DNA of 64,000 bases, taken from the NCBI GenBank assembly GCA_963765575.1, contig CAVXWZ010000011.1:32001-96000 (forward strand), read 5' to 3'. Below, piece by piece: positions 38,988 to 50,718 of this stretch. Under the pieces are notes generated by a model. The model ran no database searches and was not told the origin of the DNA. It saw only the letters and a list, made by a program, of their open reading frames with translations. The stretch comes from an uncultured cyanobacterium (GTDB taxonomy: Bacteria; Cyanobacteriota; Cyanobacteriia; PCC-6307; Cyanobiaceae). Within the stretch, counting starts at the first letter, position 1; each line of letters starts with the position of its first letter. The position numbers and the translations under genes are program-made.

Positions 38988-41738
38988 ATGTCCAGCCCGT
39001 CGTCCACCCTCACCGGCGCCGAGCCCCGCGGCAGCCTCACCGGCGACCCCGATCGCTTCAGCGACGACGCCTGGGAGCTGCTGCTGGCCGCCCAGGAGAG
39101 CGCCCGGCGCTGGCGCCATGGCGCCATGGACGTGGAGCACCTGCTCCAGGCCCTGCTGCAGGAACGGCGCTTCGGCGGCTGGCTCGAGCGGCTGCCGATC
39201 GATGCCGACCGGGTGCTCGACGCCGTGGAGACCTTCTGCACCGAACAGCCCGGCGGCCAGGGCCGGGAGCTCTACATCGGCGATGCCCTGGAGGATCTGC
39301 TGGAGCAGGCCGACCGGCGCCGGGCGGCCTGGGGCTCGCGGCTGATCGACCTGCCCCACCTGCTCCTGGCCCTGCTGGAGGAACCCCGTCTCGGCGCCGC
39401 CGTGCTGGCGAACGAGGGGCTGGGGGAGGAGCAGTTGCTGCGCCACCTGCGCCCCGGGGTGGCCGCTCCCGAGCCGGCGCGGGCCGATGCCTGGATTGAT
39501 TCCCCCGCCCCGCCAGCCCCAGCCGCGCCCCCTGGCCGCAGCGGCGAGCGCAGGACCACCGCTGCCGAACCGCAGCTGAGCCTGGAGGCCGAGGCGGTTG
39601 AGGAGGCCGAGCCCACCGCCCTGGAGCGCTACGGCCGCGACCTCACCGCCGCCGCCCGCGCCGCCGAGCTCGATCCGGTGATCGGCCGCGACGTTGAGAT
39701 CCGCCGGCTGATCCAGGTGCTCTCGCGCCGCAGCAAGAACAATCCGGTGCTGCTGGGCGACCCCGGCGTGGGCAAGACCGCCGTGGTGGAGTCCCTGGCC
39801 CAGCGCATCGTCGCCGGCGAGGTGCCCGAGGCCCTGCTCGGCCAGCGCCTGGTGGCCCTCGATCTGGGGGCCCTGATCGCCGGGGCCAAGTTCCGCGGTC
39901 AGTTTGAGGAACGCCTGCGCGGCGTGCTGGCGGAGGTGCGGGACGCCGACCCCGGCGTGATCCTGTTCATCGATGAGCTGCACACGGTGGTGAGCAGCGA
40001 CCGCTCCAGTGCCGATGCCGGCAGCATCCTCAAGCCCGCCCTGGCCCGGGGTGAGTTGCGCTGCATCGGTGCCACCACACCGGAGGAATACCGCCGCAGC
40101 GTCGCCAAGGATCCGGCCCTGGAGCGCCGCTTCCAGCAGCTGGTGGTGCGCGAGCCCGACCTCGAGACCAGCGTGGCGATCCTGCGCGGACTCAAGGAGC
40201 GCTACGAGCTGCACCACGGCGTCACCATCAGCGATGGGTCGCTGGTGGCGGCCGCCCGGCTCGCCGACCGCTACATCAGCGACCGCAGCCTGCCCGATTC
40301 CGCCATCGACCTGATCGATGAGGCCGCCGCCCAGCTGCGCATGGAGGTGACCTCCAAGCCCCAGCCGGTGGAGGCCGCCGAGGCCGAGCTGCGCCGGGTG
40401 GAGCTGGGCCTGCTCTCCGCCGAAGCGGCGCCCCAGGCCGAGCGGGTGGCCCTGCAGCAACAGCGGCAGCGGGCCAGCGAGGTGCTGCTGGCGGTGCAGG
40501 AGCGCTGGCGGCGGGAGCGGGAGCAGCTCGCCGAGCTGCACGAGCTGTTCCAGCAGGAGGAGGATCTGCGCCAGGCCATCGCCGAGGCCGAGCGCGACGG
40601 TGCCTGGGAGGAGGCGGCCCGGCTGCAGGTGGACCGGCTGCAGGCCGTGCAGCAGCGCCGCGAGACCCTCGAAGCCGAGCAGCTGGCGGACCAGCGCAGC
40701 GGCGAGTCGATCCTGCGCGAGCAGGTGGAGGCGGGCGACATCGCCGATGTGGTGGGCCGCTGGACCGGCATCCCCGTGCAGCGCCTGCTGGCGGGCGAAC
40801 GCCAGAAGCTGCTGGAGCTGGAGAGCAGCCTCGAGGAGCGGGTGATCGGCCAGGCGGAGGCGGTGACGGCGGTGGCGGCGGCGATCCGCCGCGCCCGGGC
40901 GGGCATGCAGGCCCCCACCCGCCCGGTGGGCTCCTTTCTGTTCCTCGGCCCCACCGGCGTGGGCAAGACCGAACTGGCCAAGGCCCTGGCGGCGGCCCTC
41001 TTCGACGAGGACGACGCCCTGGTGCGGCTGGACATGAGCGAGTTCATGGAGCGCAACGCCGTGGCGCGGCTGGTGGGGGCGCCCCCCGGCTATGTGGGCT
41101 ACGAGGAGGGCGGCCAGCTCACCGAGGCCGTGCGCCGCCGCCCCTACGCCGTGCTGCTGCTCGATGAGGTGGAGAAGGCCCACCCGGAGGTGTTCAACCT
41201 CTTGCTGCAGGTGCTCGACGACGGCCGCCTCACCGACTCCCAGGGCCGCACCGTGGATTTCCGCCACACCGTGGTGATCATGACCAGCAACCTGGCCAGC
41301 CGGGCGATCCTCGAGAACGCCCGCGCCGGGGGGGATCCCGAGGTCCGGGAACGGCAGCTGGAGCAGGCGGTGGAGGCCGCCCTGGCCAGCCACTTCCGGC
41401 CGGAGTTTCTCAACCGCATCGATGAGCTGATCCGCTTCCGGCCCCTGGCGGCCGCCGACCTGCAGCGCATCGTGCGCCTGCAGCTGGCGGAGCTGGGCTC
41501 CCTGCTGGCCGAGCAGGGGCTGCAGCTGGTGGTGGAGGAGCCGGTGGTGCAGGCCCTGGCCAGGCAGGGCTACGAGCCGGAATACGGGGCCCGGCCGCTG
41601 CGGCGGGTGCTGCGCCGCCGCCTGGAGAATCCCCTGGCCACCGAGCTGCTGGCGGAGCACTTCAGCGGCGCCCACGGCGTCCAGGTGGAGCTGGTTGCCG
41701 AGGGCGGCGATGAACTCAGGTTCAAGGCCCTCCGGTAG
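38988..41738 (+). CDS. clpB: ClpB-family AAA+ chaperone
   Basis: Two AAA modules ([16 protein letters not shown]), [29 protein letters not shown]. Confidence 0.93.
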   Translation: MSSPSSTLTGAEPRGSLTGDPDRFSDDAWELLLAAQESARRWRHGAMDVEHLLQALLQERRFGGWLERLPIDADRVLDAVETFCTEQPGGQGRELYIGDALEDLLEQADRRRAAWGSRLIDLPHLLLALLEEPRLGAAVLANEGLGEEQLLRHLRPGVAAPEPARADAWIDSPAPPAPAAPPGRSGERRTTAAEPQLSLEAEAVEEAEPTALERYGRDLTAAARAAELDPVIGRDVEIRRLIQVLSRRSKNNPVLLGDPGVGKTAVVESLAQRIVAGEVPEALLGQRLVALDLGALIAGAKFRGQFEERLRGVLAEVRDADPGVILFIDELHTVVSSDRSSADAGSILKPALARGELRCIGATTPEEYRRSVAKDPALERRFQQLVVREPDLETSVAILRGLKERYELHHGVTISDGSLVAAARLADRYISDRSLPDSAIDLIDEAAAQLRMEVTSKPQPVEAAEAELRRVELGLLSAEAAPQAERVALQQQRQRASEVLLAVQERWRREREQLAELHELFQQEEDLRQAIAEAERDGAWEEAARLQVDRLQAVQQRRETLEAEQLADQRSGESILREQVEAGDIADVVGRWTGIPVQRLLAGERQKLLELESSLEERVIGQAEAVTAVAAAIRRARAGMQAPTRPVGSFLFLGPTGVGKTELAKALAAALFDEDDALVRLDMSEFMERNAVARLVGAPPGYVGYEEGGQLTEAVRRRPYAVLLLDEVEKAHPEVFNLLLQVLDDGRLTDSQGRTVDFRHTVVIMTSNLASRAILENARAGGDPEVRERQLEQAVEAALASHFRPEFLNRIDELIRFRPLAAADLQRIVRLQLAELGSLLAEQGLQLVVEEPVVQALARQGYEPEYGARPLRRVLRRRLENPLATELLAEHFSGAHGVQVELVAEGGDELRFKALR

Positions 41739-41820
41739 GGTGAGAGATTGTCCACACGCCTCGGCGCCTGCGGCGTCGCGATTCACCACCCCAGCCGAGC
41801 CCACCCCAACCCGATTCGCC

Positions 41821-42129
41821 GTGGAGCCCGACTCCCTCCAACCTGCCCAGTCCCGAGAGGAGGCCGCAACGGCCACCGAACCCGCCCCCGCAGCCGGGGC
41901 CGATGGGGATGGTGCAACCGCTGGTGATGGCGCGCCCCTCTCCAGCGCCGCCCAGCCCGCCAGCTTCGCCGCGGCCACCCTCGATGAGCTGCGCAAGGTG
42001 GTCTGGCCCAGCCGTCAGCAACTGTTCAGTGAGTCGGTGGCGGTGATCCTGATGGTGGGCCTGTCGGCTGCGGCGATCGCCGCCATCGACCGCTTCTTCG
42101 GCTGGGCCGCCTCCCAGGTGTTCAGCTGA
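41821..42129 (+). CDS. secE: Preprotein translocase subunit SecE (start uncertain)
   Basis: ELRKVVWPSRQQL followed by TM; position before nusG. Confidence 0.9.
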   Translation: MEPDSLQPAQSREEAATATEPAPAAGADGDGATAGDGAPLSSAAQPASFAAATLDELRKVVWPSRQQLFSESVAVILMVGLSAAAIAAIDRFFGWAASQVFS

Positions 42130-42176
42130 GCACCGCCCCCACCGTCCTCCCCCCAATCGCCGCCGACCGTCTTTCC

Positions 42177-42905
42177 GTGAGTCCCGTGTCCGAGTTTCTG
42201 CCCGAGAGCCCCACCCCCACCGCCGCCAGCGATGCCCCCCTCAGCGATGTGGTCGTCGCTGCCGCTGCAGATGCGGGTGCCGCTTCAGCCGCCAGTGCCG
42301 AGGCCCTGGAGGCTGTCGCCGCTGAGCAGGCTGAGAAGCGTCAGGTGGCCCGCTGGTATGCCGTGCAGGTGGCCTCCAGCTGCGAGAAGAAGGTGAAGGC
42401 CACCCTGGAGCAGCGGGCCGTGACCCTGGGCGTGGACAACCGCATCCTTGAGATCGAGATCCCCCAGACCCCTGGGGTGAAGATCAAGAAGGATGGCAAC
42501 CGCGCCACCATCGAAGAGAAGGTGTTCCCCGGCTATGTGCTGGTGCGCATGGTGCTCGACGAGGACACGATGATGGCGGTGCGCAGCACCCCCAACGTGA
42601 TCAATTTCGTGGGGGCGGAGGAGCGCCGCGCCACGGCCCGCGCCCGCGGCCACATCAAGCCCCGGCCCCTGAGCCGCCAGGAGGTGGACCGCATCTTCAA
42701 GCGCGCCGCCGAGAAGAAGCCTGTGGTGAAGGTTGATCTCAGCGAAGGCGACCAGATCCTGGTCACCGCTGGGCCGTTCAAGGACTTCCAGGGCGAGGTG
42801 ATTGAGGTGTCCGGCGACCGCAACAAGCTCAAGGCCCTGCTCTCGATCTTCGGCCGGGAAACCCCGGTGGAGCTGGAGTTTGCCCAGATCAGCAAGCACA
42901 CCTGA
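42177..42905 (+). CDS. nusG: Transcription termination/antitermination factor NusG
   Basis: WYAVQVASSCEKKV, VFPGYVLV, GPFKDF, IFGRETPVEL. Confidence 0.97.
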   Translation: MSPVSEFLPESPTPTAASDAPLSDVVVAAAADAGAASAASAEALEAVAAEQAEKRQVARWYAVQVASSCEKKVKATLEQRAVTLGVDNRILEIEIPQTPGVKIKKDGNRATIEEKVFPGYVLVRMVLDEDTMMAVRSTPNVINFVGAEERRATARARGHIKPRPLSRQEVDRIFKRAAEKKPVVKVDLSEGDQILVTAGPFKDFQGEVIEVSGDRNKLKALLSIFGRETPVELEFAQISKHT

Positions 42906-43008
42906 GGCGCCACCGGCGCAGCGGCCGTCTCCCTGCGGAGGGCGGCCGTCTTCCGACATACCCCCGGCGATGGGGGTCATCCGCAGATCCGCCCCCTAGC
43001 CCCAGACG

Positions 43009-43434
43009 ATGGCCAAGAAAGTCGTTGCCGTAATCAAGCTGGCCCTCGATGCCGGCAAAGCCAACCCCGCGCCGCCGGTGGGTCCTGCCCTCGGTCAGCA
43101 CGGCGTCAATATCATGGCGTTCTGCAAGGAGTACAACGCCCGCACCCAGGAGAAAGCCGGCTATGTGATTCCGGTGGAGATCTCGGTCTTTGAAGACCGC
43201 AGCTTCACCTTCATCACCAAGACTCCGCCCGCCTCGGTGCTGATCTCCAAGGCCGCCGGCATTGAGAAGGGCGCCGCCACCTCCGCCATGGGGTCGGTGG
43301 GTGCCATCAGCCGCGCCCAGCTCGAGGAGATCGCCAAGACCAAGCTGCCCGACCTCAACTGCACCAGTGTGGAGTCGGCCATGCGCATCATCGAAGGCAC
43401 CGCCCGCAACATGGGCGTCGCCGTCAACGACTGA
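43009..43434 (+). CDS. rplK: 50S ribosomal protein L11
   Basis: [28 protein letters not shown]. Confidence 0.98.
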   Translation: MAKKVVAVIKLALDAGKANPAPPVGPALGQHGVNIMAFCKEYNARTQEKAGYVIPVEISVFEDRSFTFITKTPPASVLISKAAGIEKGAATSAMGSVGAISRAQLEEIAKTKLPDLNCTSVESAMRIIEGTARNMGVAVND

Positions 43435-43496
43435 GCGAGCGGGCCCCCAGGGTTGCGTTGCTCTCCGTCCATTCCGATCCTTCTTATCCACTCAGC

Positions 43497-43525
43497 GGGG
43501 GAGACCCACCGGTCGCCTGCACCCC
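43497..43525 (+). promoter_or_regulatory. Putative L1-binding autoregulatory RNA element before rplA
   Basis: GGGGGAG-ACC(CACC)GGT-CG-CCTGC-ACCCC: outer GGGG/CCCC stem with internal loop and short hairpin, resembling known L1 operators. Confidence 0.55.
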
Positions 43526-43534
43526 ATTCCTGCC

Positions 43535-44242
43535 ATGCCCAAGCTGTCCAAGCGCTATTCCGACCTGGCCGCCAAGGTCGATGAGCGGTCCTACGCCCCG
43601 CTCGAGGCCATCGAGCTGGTGAAGGCCAACGCCACGGCCAAGTTCGACGAGACGATCGAGGCCCACGTGCGCCTCGGCATCGATCCCAAGTACACCGACC
43701 AGCAACTGCGCACCACCGTGGCCCTGCCCCACGGCACCGGCCAGGCCATCCGCATCGCCGTGATCGCCCGCGGTGAAGCCGTGGCCGCCGCCAAGGCCGC
43801 CGGTGCGGATCTCTCCGGCGACGACGACCTGGTGGAGGCCATCGCCAAGGGGGAGATGGACTTCGACCTGCTGATCGCCACCCCGGACATGATGCCCAAG
43901 GTGGCCAAGCTCGGCCGCGTGCTCGGCCCCCGCGGTCTGATGCCCAACCCCAAGGCCGGCACCGTGACCACCGACCTGGCCGGCGCCATCGGCGACTTCA
44001 AGGCCGGCAAGCTGGAGTTCCGCGCCGACCGCAGCGGCATCGTGCACGTGCGCTTCGGCAAGGCCAGCTTCGAGCCCGCCAAGTTGCTCGACAACCTCAA
44101 GGCCCTGCAGGAAACCATCGACCGCCAGAAGCCCAGTGGCGCCAAGGGCCGCTACTGGCGCTCCCTCTACGTCACCTCCACCATGGGTCCCTCGGTGCAG
44201 GTGGACTTCGCCGCCCTGCAGGACATCAAGCAGGAGGGTTGA
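43535..44242 (+). CDS. rplA: 50S ribosomal protein L1
   Basis: [35 protein letters not shown]. Confidence 0.98.
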   Translation: MPKLSKRYSDLAAKVDERSYAPLEAIELVKANATAKFDETIEAHVRLGIDPKYTDQQLRTTVALPHGTGQAIRIAVIARGEAVAAAKAAGADLSGDDDLVEAIAKGEMDFDLLIATPDMMPKVAKLGRVLGPRGLMPNPKAGTVTTDLAGAIGDFKAGKLEFRADRSGIVHVRFGKASFEPAKLLDNLKALQETIDRQKPSGAKGRYWRSLYVTSTMGPSVQVDFAALQDIKQEG

Positions 44243-44441
44243 GGCCGAGAGGAGGGCGAGGCGGCGCGGCTGCTTCCCAGGCCCTGCCTGCTTCGATGAC
44301 CGTGACGCACAGTGGCCACGGATGGCCTGGTGCCGCTGACCCCGCCGCGCTAGCGGCAGCTGGCTCCAGGCAGGCGGCAACCTTGCGGCTCTCCTGCAGC
44401 TGTTCTTTCAGGGTTGGGAGGAGGAAGCTCCCGAGGCGGAG

Positions 44442-45862
44442 GTGATCTGGAGCACCGAGGGGTCCGTGCGGCGGCGCGAGTCTGACCTCGGCGGTACGCG
44501 AGGCCCGGCGGCAGCTGGCCAGCTGTGGATGTTGGCCGGGCCGCCGCCATGTGGGTCTTTACCTCGGAGACGACAGTCCCAACCTCGTGGCTGGGTTGGC
44601 CTTCTTTCTCGATGGCCATTGCCAGATCGTGCTGCCCCAGCACGCCCCCCGTGATCAACTGAGCCAGCAGCTCATCACCATGGGCTGTGATCGGATCCTC
44701 AGCGACCAGCCTGACTTCGTGCCATCAGGCTGGCAGCCCAGGGCGACTCTGGCCTGGGCTGGCGGCCGGCTCCAGCTGCTCTGCCCTGAAGCTGAAGAGC
44801 CGCCGGGGCCAGGCTGCGCCGGATCCGGACCTCGCCTCTGCCGCGTTTCAGATCCTCTCCTCGGGAACCACCACGGGGCTTCCTTCGCTGCAGAGCCGCA
44901 CGTTTTTCTCGCTGCTCAGCTACGCCACCGCTGGCGAAGACTGGCTCTACTACACGCCCAGGCGCCTGGTGTGGCGCAACCTGCAGTTTCCCGGGCCCCG
45001 GGCCCAGCTGCTCAACCTGATCCTGGCCGGTGGCTGCCTCTGCTGGTTCTGCGCTGAGCAGGAGGATCAGCTCGGGGAGCTCTATGGCCGTAGTGGTGCC
45101 ACCCGCCTCCATCTCTTCGTGCCGCTGCTGCGGCGGCTGGTGGCCCAACAGGCCCTGCTGCGCTTCCCCGCTGAGCTGCAGTTGCTGGTCGGCACCGACC
45201 GGGTGCCAACGGCCCTGCGCGCTGCCGTGCACCGCCAGCGCCCGTCCAGCCTGGCCATCACCTACTCCACCAGCCAGTGCGGGCCGATCACGTACCTGCC
45301 CGCCAACCGGGCGCTGGAGCAGCCGGAATCGGTGGGCTGGCCGCTGCCCAACGTCCAGGTGGGGTTCATGGCGCCGCCAGACCGTGATGGGGCTGCCGAG
45401 ATCGTGGTCGACAAGACCATCACCCTGGCCTATCCCTCGCCGCTGGTCGGCTGGCAAGAGCACACCCAGTCCGTGGCGGCACTTCGCCCTGGCGATCGGT
45501 TGCGCAAACTGGACGATGGCCAGTTTCTCTATGCCGGCAGGGCCAATGATGTTTTCCTGCTGCGGGGGGTGCTGGTGTCGCCCCACGAACTGGAGGCCTT
45601 CCTGGAAGCCCAGCCCGGGGTGCTCGAGGCGGTGGCCTTCGGCGCCGAATCGAGCACCTATGGCGCGGTGCCCATGGCGGTAGTCCAGCTGGCGCCAGGA
45701 TTGGACCCCACGACAACGGCCCAGCAGCTGCAACGGCGCTCCCGGCAGCTCTTTGGTTTCCGAGGTCTCTATGCCGTTCACATCAACCAGGAGGTGCCTC
45801 GGGGAGTGGGAGGCAAGCCGCTGCGGCGGCAGCTCGCCCAGATCTACCGGCTGAACGCCTGA
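44442..45862 (+). CDS. AMP-binding (ANL superfamily) enzyme 1; frameshifts near 44480 and 44810, start uncertain
   Basis: SSGTTTGLP P-loop, YSTSQ, PGD, GRANDVFLLRGVLVSPHELE, PRGVGGK. Confidence 0.75.
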
Positions 45863-45878
45863 CCCTGCAGGCAGGGGC

Positions 45879-46382
45879 TCAGCCGCCGGGTCGTTTCAGA
45901 AAGCGCAGGGCTTCGGCACGGAATCCCCGCCGTTCATAGAAGCGGTGGGCGTCGTGGTTGGCGAATTTGGAGAACAATTGAAAGGCCCTGGCACCCCTGG
46001 CCGCCATGAACTCCTCGGAGTGAGCGAGCAGACGGTTGCCGATGCCCTTGCCGCGGTGCTCCGGGGCGACAGCCAGGGCCAGGATCCAGCCCATGGGTTC
46101 ATCACAGGTGTAAACCGGAAGCAGGATCAGGCCAATGAACCCCGTCAGCTCGCCGTTGTTGTCGGCCACGAAGCACTTGTAGAGGTGGTCGGGCATGGCC
46201 TCCAGCCGCCGCTGGATCGCCCCGGGGGTGGAGGGATAGCCGAGGCTGCCCACCAGGCAGGCGATGGCGGGGAGGTCGCTGTCGCGCAGGTCACGGATCA
46301 GGCCGGCACAGGCCGCATGGCTTTCACCGCCGCCTCCGCTTTCTGGACGGTTGTCCCAGGGCAGCTGGGCAGGAGCTGTCAC
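45879..46382 (-). CDS. GNAT-family acyltransferase
   Basis: LAVAPEHRGKGIGNRLL, AHRFYERRGF; start overlaps the stop of the upstream AMP-binding gene. Confidence 0.9.
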   Translation of the reverse strand: MTAPAQLPWDNRPESGGGGESHAACAGLIRDLRDSDLPAIACLVGSLGYPSTPGAIQRRLEAMPDHLYKCFVADNNGELTGFIGLILLPVYTCDEPMGWILALAVAPEHRGKGIGNRLLAHSEEFMAARGARAFQLFSKFANHDAHRFYERRGFRAEALRFLKRPGG

Positions 46383-47970
46383 GACCTCAGGGCAAACTGC
46401 TCGGCCAACACACGCCGCAGGGGTTTGCCCGTGGGTCCGCGGGGGACATCCTCCACGATGACGACCTGCTTGGCCGAGCGAAAACCGAGCAACTCACGAC
46501 AGTGGTCCCGAAGCTGGGCGGCGATCTCCCTTGAGACCTCCGCTTCCGCTTCACCCACGGCCGCCCGGGCCGCTACGGCTGCACGGGCAGAGCCGCTCAG
46601 CATCACAGCGGCCATCGGGATGGCTCCGTAGGGGCTGGCCGGGGCGCCGAAGGCCACGCAGTCGGCCACGTCCGGTCGCTCTCGCAGCACGTCCTCGATC
46701 TCGAATGGAGACACCAGCACGCCACAGAACAGGAACACGTCATTGGAGCGACCCCCAAATCGGATCTGTCCGGTAGAGGATCGGGCCAGCAGATCGCCGG
46801 GGTTGAAGCTGCTGGTGTCCTCAAGCAGCTCGATCCTCCCAACTGCCATCGTTCCGGGGCAACCGCAGCCAGCGGCTCTTCCGAATCACCATTTCGTGAT
46901 AATCAAGCCCCTGCTTGTGCAGCAGCGCTGGACCATGGGGTTGGAAGCTCACACTCTCAAGGGGAAAACCCACCGATTCCACCTCGTCCAGCAGCTGCTC
47001 CGGAGGTAACCAGGTGAGCGGCCCCGTCTGGCTGGTGGCATAGGTGATGCCGAGCCGCAGCTTGCCGAGAGCTCGCCACCGCTCGACGCAGGTCCATGGG
47101 GATGTGGTCCGAGCCGGTAATGCAGAGAAATCCTTCCGGAAAACGACCGAGCTGTCCCTGCTGGAGCAGGCGCCGCAGGGTCAGGGGCGGGCAGGAGAAG
47201 CCGCTGGTGTTCGGGGGCAGCGAGCTGGGATCGAGCCCATGCCCGTCGCGCACCACGATGGGCTGGCCCCGCAGCAGGTAGCGCAGCTTGAACACCCGGG
47301 AGCTGTAGTCCTGCAGGCCCGGGCCCAGCAAGGGCTGCTCCAGGAGGTCGAAGGGCGACCAGTTCAGCCCCTGCTGCAGGGAGGCCATCCTCAGAAAGCT
47401 GATCCGGTGGATGCCCGGTCGACCGGAGGTGGTGCCTGACGTGATCGACAGAAAGGCGGCCGCATCGGCTCCCGCCTCGGCACCATCGTGATCCTTGTCG
47501 AAACCCGCCCCACGCCGATCCGATGGCCCTGGATCACGGATCTCAAGCAGCTGCAGACCCTCGGCGGTGATCCCCAAAGGGCGCACCTCCGCTTCGTCCA
47601 GGGGGCACTCTCCCTCGACGAGCAGGTGGGTGAGCTCCAGCCGCCGGATCAGTTCACGCCGTTCCCGCGCTGGGGCATAGCGGGCCAGCACGGCTTGGCT
47701 CATGCCAGCCCATACCAGCGCCAGCATGGCGATCAGATGCCGGGGGGAATCGCTGGCGTGAACCCCGACCCGGATCGGCCGGGACCTGGAGCAGCCTGAC
47801 AATGGATCCTGGAGCGCCCTGCCTTCCTGACGTAGCCGCTGCAGCAACTCCAGTCCAGTGATTCCAGGCAGATCGCCCCAGTCGATGACAACAATGTCTG
47901 AGGCGGCGACGAGCCGTTGCTCGAGCTCACCACGAAGCGTGTGGATTGCAAGGTCGCACCCGCAGCTCAT
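46379..47970 (-). CDS. AMP-binding (ANL superfamily) enzyme 2; frameshifts near 47065 and 46860
   Basis: TSGTTSGRP, GITYATSQTGP, NPGDL, GRSNDVFLFCGVLVSPFEIE, PRGPTGK across three frames. Confidence 0.8.
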
Positions 47971-48995
47971 ACCGCCGGCTGTGGGCTCAGTTCGAGGCGG
48001 TCACAACAGATCTGCATAATCTGATGTCCCAGGGCGGTGAGACGACCATGCCGCTGAATGGCACCCAGGGACGACTGCGTGAGTTCCTGCACAGAGGAGC
48101 GCAGTGTCTGCAGCTCCACGACCAGCTGGTCTCGGTCGGAGCGCCAGGGCATCGGGTGGCGGATAGCGGCGTCGAGAAAGGCCACCAGCCGCGCCGCCAC
48201 ATAAAAGGAATGGAGGATGCCGTTCATCGGCCTTGGATCGCGGCGAATCAGCACGCTGTAGCGCTCCTGGTCGGTGTTGGTGCACATCAGCTCGTTCTGG
48301 GAGAGCACGAACAGTTCGGCATGGGCGTATTCGTGGATCAGGGTCACAACCCAGGCGCAAAATGTACGCTCCATTGCCGCATTGATGATGCTGCCTCCCC
48401 TGAAGAAGAAGGTGGTGGCACTGCCGAACCATTGTCCCGCCTCCCTGGCGGCCGGTCCTGGCTCGGCCAAGATCACCACGGCTTGCAGGGCTTCCATGCC
48501 CCGTGCCAGAGGGGCATCGATTTTGCCAATGAAGTCGCGAGCTTCGCTGATGATGGCTGCCTGGGTGGTGCAACGGGCCGGAGCTGGGCTCTCGAGATCG
48601 AGCAGGAAATCGCCTCCTTCCGAGAAGAGTCCCACCAGCAGATCCCAGTGCTGGAGCGGCCGCGACTCCGCTCCATAGGCCAGGACCGTCAGTGGGGGCA
48701 GGAGATGTCTGATCTCCAGCCGCAGTGCTTCGATGAGGTCCGCAGCTGGGATGGCGTCAGGGTTTTGCAGCAGGATGCGGCCGATCTTCCAGTAGAAGAG
48801 ATACACCCATGGGCTCAGGGTGTTCTGGGCTTGCTGTTCAAAACGATCCTGCAGGGCTGCTGCCAACTGTGCTTCTGCCAGTGCAGGGGAATGGCCCTCA
48901 AAGGCCTGTATTGACCAGAGCAGATCAGATCGTCCGAGTGCCAACAGCTCAACGATCGACGCTACCTCAGGTGAGGTGTCGGATTTGAGAGTCAA
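47967..48995 (-). CDS. aKG-HExxH-type peptide-modifying enzyme
   Basis: FGSATTFFFRGG, LIHEYAHAEL, IRRDPRPMNGILHSFYV. Confidence 0.8.
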   Translation of the reverse strand: MTLKSDTSPEVASIVELLALGRSDLLWSIQAFEGHSPALAEAQLAAALQDRFEQQAQNTLSPWVYLFYWKIGRILLQNPDAIPAADLIEALRLEIRHLLPPLTVLAYGAESRPLQHWDLLVGLFSEGGDFLLDLESPAPARCTTQAAIISEARDFIGKIDAPLARGMEALQAVVILAEPGPAAREAGQWFGSATTFFFRGGSIINAAMERTFCAWVVTLIHEYAHAELFVLSQNELMCTNTDQERYSVLIRRDPRPMNGILHSFYVAARLVAFLDAAIRHPMPWRSDRDQLVVELQTLRSSVQELTQSSLGAIQRHGRLTALGHQIMQICCDRLELSPQPAV

Positions 48996-49177
48996 GCAGC
49001 ATTTCCACCATTGCCGGATTCGCCTTCACCCACTTTGGCCGAAAGGTGCGACTGGCAGGTGGGAACCGAGGCCGAGTTGCTGTGGTCGGGATCAATGAAT
49101 GGATCAGAGGGCTCTGCGCCTGAATTGGCTAGTGCCAAAGCTGCGAGTCGAAAACCGAAGAGATGACTGAGTTGCAT
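48992..49177 (-). CDS. Putative precursor peptide P0 (61 aa)
   Basis: MQLSHLFGFRLAAL...HLSAKVGEGESGNGGNAA; shares LFGF and KVG with the array peptides; stop overlaps the HExxH start. Confidence 0.6.
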   Translation of the reverse strand: MQLSHLFGFRLAALALANSGAEPSDPFIDPDHSNSASVPTCQSHLSAKVGEGESGNGGNAA

Positions 49178-49399
49178 GGTTGGCACAACAATAGTGGTGA
49201 AAAGGAGAACAAGCCTGGCAGCATCACCGGTCCGCCTCTCCTTCACTCACTTTGGCCGATAGCTGGGATGGGGATGTGTCGACCGCGACAGCTAGGTGCG
49301 TCACGGTGGCCTCCCCGAGGGTGGCTGGGCTGAGGCTGGGCCCACGGTTGACATCACGTATCAGATTGCGAGAAGGTCCCATGCTGACGAGTAGCCAGT

Positions 49400-49678
49400 T
49401 TGAGCCACGACCCAGCCCCAGACCGCGAGCTCGCCATGATCGGCAGCGCCCTGCGCTCCCTCTCCCTGCCGCCGCAGGATCTTGAGGGGCTTGAGGCTGA
49501 GCTGCGTCGTGACCACGCCAGTCTGCCGATCGAGCACCTGGGGCTGGACAGCCTCGGCCGCATGGAGTTCTGCATCCACCTGGAGCTCGACCACGGGGTG
49601 GTGATCACTCCGGAAACCCTGATCACGCTGAAGACGGTGGCGGCGTTGATCGAGTCGATCCAGGCCCAGTTGGTCTGA
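49400..49678 (+). CDS. Acyl/peptidyl carrier protein
   Basis: 92 aa, acidic, LGLDSLGRMEF phosphopantetheine-site motif. Confidence 0.8.
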   Translation: MSHDPAPDRELAMIGSALRSLSLPPQDLEGLEAELRRDHASLPIEHLGLDSLGRMEFCIHLELDHGVVITPETLITLKTVAALIESIQAQLV

Positions 49679-49682
49679 ATAG

Positions 49683-50718
49683 CTAGCCCGCCAGCTCTTC
49701 GGCCCCCACATCCCAGGCCAGGGGATCCAGGCCCTCTGAAGCCTCGTCTTGGCGAGCCTCGGTTCGCAGCAGGCTGGGCATGGCCTGCTCCAGATTCACC
49801 CCCTGCAGGAGCAGGTCGTGGAACAGGGTGTGGTGGGTGCAGCCCCTGTAGACGCGTCCACTGATCCTGCTCTGGCGCCGGTGCTGCTGCTGGTAGTAGC
49901 TGGCGATCGAGCCAGCGCAGGAGCGATCGGCGGCGTTGTGTTCGGGGTAGGCGAGCACCAGGCGGGTGCGCGGCCATCGCGGCCACCAGCTGCCGATGCC
50001 GCCGTGGGCCCTGGCCACGGCGCCGCCGGGCCGGAAGGTTTGGGGTTCACCACCTGCACCGATGGCCACACCCTGGGCCAGCCCCAGCTGCTGAGCCACC
50101 ACCAAAGCGGCCAGGCCGCCGGCGCTGGTGCCCAGGGTCTGCACCTGGGAGCGGCGCAGGCCACTGCGGCTGAGCCTGCCGAGGTGCTGACGCAGATGAC
50201 GGGTGATGTCTCGCAACACCTCGCCCTGGTGATGGAAATAGCCCTCGAGAGTATGGCGCCTGCACCAGCAGAAGATCGTGCCCGATTGTGCCGAGCGCCG
50301 AGAGGATGTAGGGCGTCGGCGCCATCAGCAGCCCCACATTGCCGGTGAAGCCGATCAGCACAGGCCGGGGCGGGCCATCGGAATCCGGAAGCGGAGCGGC
50401 TTGATAATGAATGATCTCGTGATACTTTCCCGGGTGTACCCGCCGGCTATAGCGGGCTGTGGCCGTCCTGTAGGAGGGCGAAAATCGTTTGGCTTTCTGT
50501 CGCCATCGCTTGAAATCGGAACTGGCGCCTGAATCGCGACGGGCCAGCCGCAACAGCGCTGCCAGCTCGCTGCCAGTGGCGAAGCGATCGATCAGCATCT
50601 GGTGCTGGTTGATGCGATTGGTGTTCAGCGCTTTGAGTCGCTCATACCACTGCGCCGGGGATTCGGCGCGCAGCTCTCGCTCCAGCTCCTCCCAGGGAAG
50701 TTGGGGGGGGCTGGTCAT
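49683..50718 (-). CDS. Alpha/beta-hydrolase-like protein; frameshift near 50260
   Basis: VLIGFTGN in the first frame and nucleophile elbow GTSAGG in the second; ATG overlaps the upstream stop. Confidence 0.6.

Noticed and set aside
38757..41996. 1079-aa minus-strand ORF and similar long antisense ORFs (7800, 13574, 19326, 22888, 37297, 60280)
   Set aside because: Overlapping shadows of well-supported genes, with no motifs of their own.
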